From: Octopus vulgaris | Taxonomy: Eukaryota | Assembly: GCA_951406725.2 (NCBI GenBank) | Contig: OX597839.1 | Coordinates: 37,882,001 to 37,946,000 of the forward strand | DNA: 64,000 bases | Reading direction: 5' to 3' | Shown here: one piece after another, positions 54,484-64,000 of the stretch | How the letters are laid out: every line of letters begins with the position of its first letter | Position numbering within the stretch: the stretch's first letter is position 1 | Program-made: the position numbers and the translations under genes | Notes under the pieces: model-generated | What the model was told of the DNA's origin: nothing | Database searches by the model: none | The model's input: the letters and a program-made list of their open reading frames with translations, nothing else

Positions 54484-55121
54484 GGATCTTTTCCTTTTGA
54501 ACGGCAGATGTCAACACAATTTCTAGTTAACTAAACACTTTTAAACTTCGTATACTGGTAGAATGTGTTTATAAAACATCATTTTCTCTTGGTTTTATTG
54601 AGAAAATTCTATAGTTTGTAAGATATTTCGTCTGAAAATCCGTAGCATTTCGGCAATTTTAACTAATCGATTACCTCCATTCAACTAAAATCATTTGCTG
54701 CGTCTAAAACTGAGACAACATCCTGTAACTAACCCTAAACTCTAACCCTAACCCTAATTTTTTTTCTTAAATGTTAAATTAATTTAATTCCATTGCTTTA
54801 GTTTTTTTACACGCGTAACAATTAAATTAATTTAACAATTAAGAAAAAAAATTTAGGGTTAGGGTTAGGGTTAGGGGGGAGGTTTAGGGTTAGTTACAGG
54901 ATGTTGTCTCAGTTTTAGACGCAGCAAATGATTTTAGCTCAAAAGAGAGCATAGGATTGGTTCAAATCCGAAAAATTAAACTACGTTAAACAAACAAATT
55001 ACAATTTTCTCAAGAAAGCCAAGAGAAAAAAATGTTTTATTTTGACACATTCTACCAGTATACGAAGTTTTAAAGTGTTTAGTCAACTAGAAATGTTCTG
55101 CCGTTCAAAAGGAAAAGATCC
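54484..55121. mobile_element. Foldback MITE with internal telomeric repeats
   Basis: Termini GGATCTTTTCCTTTTGAACGGCAG / CTGCCGTTCAAAAGGAAAAGATCC; arms inverted over about 300 bp; (CCCTAA)n and (TTAGGG)n near the centre; perfect 8-bp TSD CATATTTG at 54476-54483 and 55122-55129. Confidence 0.9.
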
Positions 55122-55486
55122 CATATTTGAGATCACAAGGGCTTGTAGGTGGGAGGCCATCAGTCTGGCTGGGAAAATAGCAGAAGTTGTTTGAAGGTGG
55201 CTATAGAGAAGGAAGTAAGGAGCCTTGGAAGGGATGGTGCTAACTGTCCTTACTTGTACATGAGGCCGCATTCACACGGAATGGGTTGAAGAAGCTCTGC
55301 GTAAATTTTTGGAGTTTTAGTGGTAATACAAAGTCACATGTGGCCCCCTTCTGTCAAATGCATAAGATGTGGCCCCCCTACTGTCAAATGCATCAACACT
55401 TTGGAGCTGCCTGACCCGTTGCAGCCCATTTTATCGTCGGTTGTTAATTGTGGCAGAGAATTTGCTGACCAAGACACTGCCGATGA

Positions 55487-56168
55487 CACTGCGTAACAAA
55501 GTTATTTTTTTTGTCTCTGGTCAGTAAGTGTTATTTTCTACTTACTTCAATCTAGAAATCAAAGGAAATGACTACTATTCCCTTCAAACTTTGCTTTTGT
55601 AACCTGGACACCAATGTTTCGAAACTGACCTATTTTCCATTCCATTTCAGACAGATTCAGTGCTGGGTTGCTGAAGCAGAATATCATTATAGTAAATATT
55701 CTGCTCAATAACTCAGATTTGCTCGTTGTCTTTGGTCACTAAAGTGTTATTTCCTATTTGCTTCAATCTAAAAATCAAAGAAAATGACTGCTATTCCCTT
55801 CAAACTTTGCTTTTGTAACCTGGACATCAATGTTTTAAAACTGACATATTTTCCATTACATTTCAGATAGATTCAGTGCTGGGTTGCTGATGCAGAAATA
55901 TCATTATAGCAAATATTCTGCTCAGTACCACAGATCTGTTTGTCAGTTGCTTGATCTTAACCACTCGAGTGGCTGACAATATGTGCAATATGAGTAGGAG
56001 TAGTGGGGGAGTATCATAGTCATGTGTTGAGAGGGATTCTTTGGAGTTTGAATAAATGTAACAAAAGCAAAGTCTGAAGGAACTATTACCCATTTTTCAT
56101 ACTTTCTAGAGGTCAGCAAATGGGAAACAACAGTTGCTACTCAAAGACAAAAATCGTATTACACAGTG
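55487..56168. mobile_element. Tc1-like MITE with internal tandem duplication of about 215 bp
   Basis: Ends CACTGCGTAA / TTACACAGTG; 55515-55725 duplicated at about 55730-55945; 56057-56150 is an inverted copy of the left arm. Confidence 0.65.
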
Positions 56169-56407
56169 TTATAGGAGCTTCGTTTTGGAGCGCGTTCTAA
56201 AGACATACTTAAAAAAATAGCTAAGTGGTGTCTCACTCCCAGTGATCTTCCAGAACGCTAGATACCAATCCGGAATATTTGAGGGCCCGTGCTAACTGGA
56301 CCTAGGCTGGGGTTTGATGAATGTTGGCTGGGACACTTGGGTGAGAGCGTCTAATAGTGAAACTTGACCTCCCTCTACGTAGGCGGAAGACTATCAGGTT
56401 TTGTGTG

Positions 56408-56640
56408 TATTTCTTTACTACCCACTAGGGGCTAAACATAGAGTGAACGAACAAGGACAGACAAAGGGATTAAGTCGATTACGTCGACCCCAGTACGTAA
56501 CTGGTACTTAATTTATCGACCCCCGAAAGGATGAAAGGCAAAGTCGACCTCGGCGGAATTTGAACTCGGAACGTAACGGCTGACGAAATACGGCTACGCA
56601 TTTCGCCCGGCGTGCTAACGGTTCTGCCAGCTCGCCGCCT
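56408..56640 (-). mobile_element. SINE A monomer with TSD
   Basis: Complete head to tail; 13-bp TSD CAGGTTTTGTGTG at 56395-56407 and 56643-56655. Confidence 0.92.
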
Positions 56641-57600
56641 TACAGGTTTTGTGTGGAGGTAAGAAAAACTGATTCAAGATGAGCGTGGGTGAGGGGTTGC
56701 CAGCCCTGGAATGGTCACTGCTACCTGGTGTGTTGCTAACTGGACACAATGACCCAAGCTGGAGGCTTGATCAGCTCTGGCTGGGTTACTGATATACCTG
56801 GGTTGCCTGGGTGAGATTGTCTCATGTCGAAAGACCCGAAACATCTAACGACCCCAGCAAACATCACCGCTCGTATGTCCAGGGGCATAGGAGGACATCT
56901 TATAGTTGGGTGTTTGAAGATGTCCCTTCTTTGGTAAGGATGTTGCATCGAAATCAGTGTGTGGGAGTGGTGGTGGGGGGTAGGGGCAAATTATACTAAC
57001 ATGGTGATATAACATGGTGGTGGTGGTGGTAGTTGGTCAATTCTGGTTATTCTATGATGGTATCAATCTTTGTTTGTGGCTGGATGCAGGTGTGATAATC
57101 AATAATGTCAGAAGGAGCTGACAAATACTGATGATAGCACCATCTGTGTCTAAAATATCTTATAATGTAAACGTACGCGCGCATACACACACACACACAC
57201 ACGCATACACACACACACATACACACACACACACACACACACAAACACACCCACTCTCTCTCTCTCACACACACATATATGGGCGAGCTGGGTGAGTCGT
57301 TAGCACGCCCGATAAGATGCTTAGCGGTTTGTCGTCCATCCTTACGTTCTGATTTCGAATTCCATAGCGCCCAACTTTTTGCCTTTCCTCCATTCGGGGT
57401 CGATTAAACAGACACCTGTTGAGAACTGGAGTCGTTGTAGTCGGCTTACCCACTCCCCAGACTTTGCTGGCATTGTGCTGGCAAAATTTGAAAGCAATAT
57501 CAACGTAATGTTTGTGACCATAAATTGACGGGAACTTTCGATAAAAATCTTTTAATTTCCATAATACTGAAGGTAAGTTATACACCATAAAACGGGGGAA

Positions 57601-57978
57601 GCACTCCGTCGGTTACGACGACGAGGGTTCCGGTTGATCCGAATCAACGGAACAGCCTGCTCGTGAAATTAACGTGTAAGTGACTGAGCACTCCACAGAC
57701 ACGTGTACCCTTAACGTAGTTCTCGGGGATATTCAGAGTGACACAGAGAGTGACAAGGCCGGCCCTTTGAAATACAGGTATAACAGAAACAGGAAGTAAG
57801 AGTGAGAGAAAGTTGTGGTGAAAGAGTACAGCAGGGATCACCACCATCCCCTGCCGGAGCCTCGTGGAGCTTTAGGTGATTTCGCTCAATAAACACTCAC
57901 AACGCCCGGTCTGGGAATCGAAACCGCGATCCTATGACCGCGAGTCCGCTGCCCTAACCACTGGGCCAATGCGCCTCC
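57601..57978 (-). mobile_element. SINE C, full length, with TSD
   Basis: tRNA-like head GGAGGCGCATTGGCCCAGTGGTTAGGG...GGTTTCGATTCCC; 13-bp flanks ACACCAT(A/G)AAACG at 57582 and 57979. Confidence 0.9.
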
Positions 57979-58404
57979 ACACCATGAAACGAAGGACGTT
58001 CTCGTGTGGGTTGATTGAAAACAAGGCACCGGAGGATATCTGTGTGCATCACTTCGGATGTGACATCTGCAAAAGGACACGAACAAAAAAGGAGCGGTCG
58101 ACACCGACGGGAGATGCCAGGCAACCGAACAAAACGACATACGACTCATGCAGATATATAGAGACATGTAACAAAAGACGTTGGACATTTAAGTGTAAGC
58201 CCGAACAGTACGTTTTGTAAACGTGTGTCCTTCTCTTCAGATTTTCAACACTAGGGGAGGGTGAGATCTTTATATCCCAAACTCTCCTCTTTCGTTCTCC
58301 GTTTCAATTATAATATATTTGAAGACACAGCGGCTACTGTCGCGAAATGTTTTGCTGGCTCATGCAGCTGGTTCTTTTCTGGGATTATTTCGACCGACAT
58401 TGAA

Positions 58405-58848
58405 GGCGGCGAGCTGGCAGAAACGGTAGCACGCCGGGCGAAATGCGTAGCCGTATTTCGTCTGTCGTTACGTTCCGAGTTCAAATTCCGCCGAGGTCGA
58501 CTTTGCCTTTCATCCTTTCGGGGTGGATAAATTAATTACCAGTTACGCACTGGGGTCGATATAATCGACTTAATCCGTTTGTCTGTCCTTGTTTGTCCCT
58601 CTGTGTTTAGCCCCTTGTGGGTAGTAAAGAAATAAGAAACGGTAGCACACCGGGCGAAATGCGTAGCCTTATTTCGTCTGCCGTTACGTTCTGAGTTCAA
58701 ATTCCGCCGAGGTCGACTTTGCCTTTCATCCTTTCGGGGTCGATAAATTAAGTACCAGTTACGCACTGGGGTCGATATAATCGACTTAATCGCTTTGTCT
58801 GTCCTTGTTTGTCCCCTCTGTGTTTAGCCCCTTGTGGGTAGTAAAGAA
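58405..58848 (+). mobile_element. SINE A dimer
   Basis: Second unit starts at AGAAACGGTAGC directly after the GTAAAGAAATA tail. Confidence 0.9.
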
Positions 58849-58865
58849 GTATTTCGACCAACATA

Positions 58866-59312
58866 TTCGTTCGAAATAAATGTTACACAATTTAATCCCA
58901 GAAAAAGGGAAACCTATACTTTTTTTCTCTTTTTTTTCTCTTAACGAGGACAACAGTTCAAATCCCACACCTTCTTGGGGGGGGGGGTGACACGTAGCAA
59001 CAAAGCCTACAACGTTCGAAATTAATTTTTTTCACGCAATAATAAAATATAGAATCCCCCAAAAAACGGGAAACCTATAATATATATTTTTTTCCTCACA
59101 ACGATGACAACAGTTCAAATGTCGCCCACGCTAGTGGCGGATTCCACAATAAACCCTACAACGGCTAAAATTAAATCTTTTTTTTCTCAATAATAATTTG
59201 CTTATCCCCAACAACGGGAAACCTATAATATTTTTTTCCCTGTTAATGAGGATAACAGTTCAAATTCCACCTCCGCGGGGTGGGGGACACGACAATAAAG
59301 CCTACAACGGCT
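58866..59312. repeat. Diverged tandem repeat, 3 units of about 150-160 bp
   Basis: GGGAAACCTATA at 58907, 59068 and 59216, each followed by AACAGTTCAAAT and CCTACAACG. Confidence 0.8.
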
Positions 59313-59695
59313 TTAAGAAGTTCAGTATTAATAATATTAATAAGTTCAATATTTCAACAATTGCTTTCGCCCGTCGCCGGGAAAAAGCACAAAAATTTTC
59401 AAAGTTCAACAATGTTTAACATTTCGAAAATATTCAACAATAGGCAACAATTCCAATAGAAAAAAAATATCCACGTGCAACAAAACTTTTGAGTCACCGC
59501 CAAAAAAAAGATGTCTGTCTACGACAAAGGTAAGCAAGCTACTTACCACACTGCCACTCCTACACACATACATAAACATGTCTACGCAGCATATATAAAC
59601 AGGCATACGTACACACATACAAACAAAGACGCAATACATATGTCCAGCCTGTCATTCTACAACCTCACCCTGATGACATGTCCAGACCGTCAAAC

Positions 59696-60103
59696 GGATC
59701 TTTTCGGTTTGAACGGCAGTTTTTAACATAATTTCTAGGTAACTAAAAAATTTTAAACTTCGTATACTGGTAGAATGTGTTTATAAACATCTTTTTCTCT
59801 TGGCTTTATTGAGAAAATTCTATAGTTTGTAGGATATCTTTTTTCTTCAATTTCTGCAATTTCAACCAATCGATGACGTCCATTGAGTTAAAAAGCATTC
59901 TGTGCCGTATGAATATGTCCCTCGTTTAAGAAACAGATTGGGTTTATTTACATTTGTGAAGAAAAAAAGATATCCTTTCCCCACCCCTAACCCTAACCCT
60001 AAAAGAAATTGAAATGCAATAGATCGATTCTAGGGTCATAATTATGGGTGACAATTTCATATGACACCGCTAGAAAAAACTGCCGGTCAAACCGAAAAGA
60101 TCC
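59696..60103. mobile_element. MITE related to 54484-55121 (asymmetric form)
   Basis: 29-bp TIRs GGATCTTTTCGGTTTGA(A/C)CGGCAGTTTTT; left arm homologous to the foldback arms; internal (CCCTAA)n. Confidence 0.85.
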
Positions 60104-60279
60104 GACAAAACTAATGACTCTTCGGAGTGTTGGATATGTAGAGCAGCGCCCAGATCTTTGTTGAGAAAGCATTGTGCGTTAAATTTGGTGGGTCAGCGTT
60201 CAGATCTTTGACCAGGTACAAAAATTCTGTCGCGTTACATTAACAGGACTGACCGAAAGACTTAACAAAATAACCGGAC

Positions 60280-60363
<84 letters not shown>

Positions 60364-60364
60364 T

Positions 60365-60525
60365 ATACGACAGGCTTCTTTCAGTTCCCGTCTACAAAAT
60401 CCACTCACAAGGCTTTGATCGGCCCGAGGATATTCTAGCAGGCACTTGGCCAAGGTGCCACGCAGTGGGACCGAACTCAGCACCAAAAGATTGGGAAGCA
60501 AGTTCCTGATCGCAAAGCCACGCCA
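60365..60525 (-). mobile_element. SINE B 5' half
   Basis: CGACAGGCTTCTTTCAGTT...AAGGTGCCACGCAGTGGGAC. Confidence 0.8.
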
Positions 60526-60591
60526 GTGAATGTGTTTATCTTTATGTGTGTGAGTAGGTATGTGTGTCTGTGTTTTTGCGTGTGTGCGTGC

Positions 60592-60636
<45 letters not shown>

Positions 60637-60643
60637 AACACGT

Positions 60644-60703
<60 letters not shown>

Positions 60704-60765
60704 AATGTATGTGTGTGGTATATATGTATATATATACACATATATATGTATACAAATATATATTC

Positions 60766-60804
<39 letters not shown>

Positions 60805-61583
60805 CGCTTATATACAAATATATATATATATATGTGTGTATATAAATATAGATACATACATACATACACACACACATATATATATACATATATACAGACA
60901 CACACACACACATATATATATACATACACATCCATATATACATACATGTTTACACACACGTATATATACATATACACACAAACATACATATATATATATG
61001 ATTGTATATATACATATATATACATACACACACATATATATAGAGAGAGGTAGATATATAAATGCATTCACACAAATACAGGTGTGTACCTTTCTCACTC
61101 GCTGTGCGCATGTGTGTGTGTGAATGTGTGCATATATATACACACATATACACACAGACACACATATATATACACACACGTATATATATATACATACACA
61201 TATATATACACACATATATATATACACACATATATATACACACACATATATACACACACATATATATACACACATATATATACACACATATATATATACG
61301 CACATATATATACACACACATATATATACACATATATATACACACATATATACGCACACACATATATATACACACATATATATATACACATACATATATA
61401 TATATACACACACATATATATACACACACATATACACACACACATATGTATACACACACATATATACACACACACATATATACACACACACATGTATACA
61501 CACACACATATATCCACGTTGATTAAACATTTACACGCAAACGACCACACATCCTTTTTCGAAACACACACCCACACACACAC

Positions 61584-61627
61584 TTAACGTTCACTCATAC
61601 ACGAACACAAATATAGCCACACACACA

Positions 61628-61692
<65 letters not shown>

Positions 61693-61724
61693 AACGTTCA
61701 CTCATACACGAACACAAATATAGC

Positions 61725-61762
<38 letters not shown>

Positions 61763-61822
61763 AACACACACACACAGACACACACACACTTAACGTTCAC
61801 TCATACACGAACACAAATATAG

Positions 61823-61898
<76 letters not shown>

Positions 61899-62067
61899 AA
61901 CGTTCACTCATACACGAATACAAATATAGCCACACACACACAAACACACACACACACACATACACGCACACACACACACACACACACACTTAACGTTCAC
62001 TCATACACGAATACAAATATAGCCACACACACACAAACACGCACACACACATACACGCACACACACA

Positions 62068-62108
<41 letters not shown>

Positions 62109-62140
62109 AACGTTCACTCATACACGAATACAAATATAGC
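61584..62140. repeat. Composite minisatellite: six 34-bp units separated by (CA)n
   Basis: TTAACGTTCACTCATACACGAA(C/T)ACAAATATAGC at 61584, 61691, 61790, 61897, 61990 and 62107. Confidence 0.95.
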
Positions 62141-63022
62141 CACACACACACACACTGACACACACACACTGACACACACACACTGACACACACACACACA
62201 CACTGACACACACACACACACTGACACACACACACTGACACATACACACAGACACAGAGCAGACGAATAAAGAACACCCACACAGACGCACGCGTCGAGG
62301 CGCGCGCACACACACTCACGTTCACGCTCACACTCACCCCCCCTCCTCCTCCCCAAACTCAGCAGAGCGCCTCACAGCACTCACCGTCAGTCAGTGATAT
62401 TTCTACAGTGAGTGTGGAGTGTTACAAACTCTCACATTTCTTCATATTTTGGGCTGTCTTTTTTTGCTTTTTTTTTGTGTGTGTGTTTTCATTTTTTTTT
62501 TTTCAAACATTGGATTTTCATTTTAAACTACAACAACTAAAGCAACAACGACACCAGCTACAACTACAACAATAACGACAGCCAGAACAACAACAACAAC
62601 AACAGCAACAACAACAACAGTATATAAGACTGTAGAACCACTTTTAAAGGTATGTGTGATATTTAGATTTATATATTATATAATATATACAAAACTTCAT
62701 TTACATAAGTTTATATTCATATATATACATATATGTATACATACATATATATGTATATATGTATATATATGTATATATATATATGTATATATATATATAT
62801 GTGTGTGTGTGTGTACATATATGTACATATATATATGTGTATATATGTATATTTATGTATATATATATATGTATGTATATTTATGTATATATATGTGTAT
62901 ATATATATATATTTCTGTATATATGTGTGTGTATATATATATGTATATATATACATACATACATATATATATATATATGTTTATACTGTATAACTATATA
63001 AATGTATCAATGCAGGTATTTT

Positions 63023-63067
<45 letters not shown>

Positions 63068-63147
63068 TCTCACAGTTATATACCTGTGTTTGTGTGTATA
63101 CATATATGTATATATATATATATACTCACAGTTACATATAGGTGTTC

Positions 63148-63203
<56 letters not shown>

Positions 63204-63556
63204 ATATATATATATGTGTGTGTGTGTATTTATGTTTGTGTACATATATGTGTGTGTGTCTGTGTATTTGTAAGTATGTATGTATATCATAGAGAGAAGC
63301 AAGGCAAAACTTCGATGTCACTGTTAGGACTCCGTTGTCAAAGTTAATAAAGATGTTCTCTATTTTTAGAAAGTATTAAGTTTTCAGTTTAATAACAATT
63401 CTTTTTAATATAACGTGATATAAAATTTAACATTTACATACATACATATAATATATATATATACACATATATGTATATACACACACACATTTATACATAC
63501 ATGAACACACACATACAAATATATACACACACACACATATATATACATACATACAT

Positions 63557-63603
<47 letters not shown>

Positions 63604-63618
63604 AATGATGACATATAT

Positions 63619-63661
<43 letters not shown>

Positions 63662-64000
63662 CACATATATGCACACACACACATACACACACATATATAC
63701 ATACACGCACACACACACACACACACGTAGTCCGATGATAGCTATAACAGGCCGAAAGTTCAAAGTCACTGTCAGTACAATTCTTGTCAAAAAGAAAAAT
63801 AAATTTGCACTCCACAAAAGTATGGAGAAATACCACCCGCCCCTCAAATTAATGTACATATTTTTGTTTTTGAATTAGAAGGCTGTACTCCAGCATGGCC
63901 GCAGTCAAATGACTAAGATAAGTAAACGAATAAAAGAATAACTCTACACACACACACATGGACGCACACACACACACACACGCATTCTATAAAGTCGCAC

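Noticed and set aside
54728-54893. Telomere or chromosome-fusion site (opposed CCCTAA/TTAGGG)
   Set aside because: Only a few units, embedded in the arms of a TSD-flanked MITE.
57905-57978. tRNA gene
   Set aside because: The tRNA-like A/B boxes continue directly into a SINE body with TSD; the same applies to the heads of SINE A and B.
57990-58260. Cys/His-containing ORF and possible 20-nt micro-exon
   Set aside because: The ORF begins inside a SINE, has no zinc-finger spacing I can recognise, and lacks an upstream acceptor.
61584-62140. CRISPR array (34-bp repeats with spacers)
   Set aside because: Spacers are (CA)n microsatellite of 59-83 bp, there are no cas genes and the context is eukaryotic.

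Overview
Eukaryotic nuclear DNA, most likely octopus/coleoid cephalopod, judged from the SINE families and a molluscan-type mitochondrial 16S insert. The window is dominated by (TA)n, (CA)n, (TATG)n, (GA)n, (GAA)n and (CAC)n microsatellites, three families of tRNA-derived SINEs, decayed Tc1/mariner, hAT, Helitron and foldback DNA elements, and a CR1/L2-type RT fragment. Almost all entries in the ORF track are microsatellite or SINE artefacts. The only recognisable coding relics are a frameshifted full-length DD34D mariner (18531-19794), other transposase and RT fragments, and one convincing candidate host exon (40781-41026). The most notable signal is a dense set of hammerhead-ribozyme motifs. 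Three well-formed cores (6381-6429, 29692-29755, 33458-33553) and an eight-copy family of minimal hammerheads sit mostly in non-coding Penelope-like terminal-repeat fragments that abut (TA)n tracts. In one case an inverted duplicate ends at the predicted self-cleavage site. Also present are a 16S NUMT nested inside a transposase relic, a Helitron nested in a mariner MITE, a TSD-flanked five-unit SINE array and a 638-bp foldback element with telomeric repeats. All structures were read by eye and need computational confirmation.
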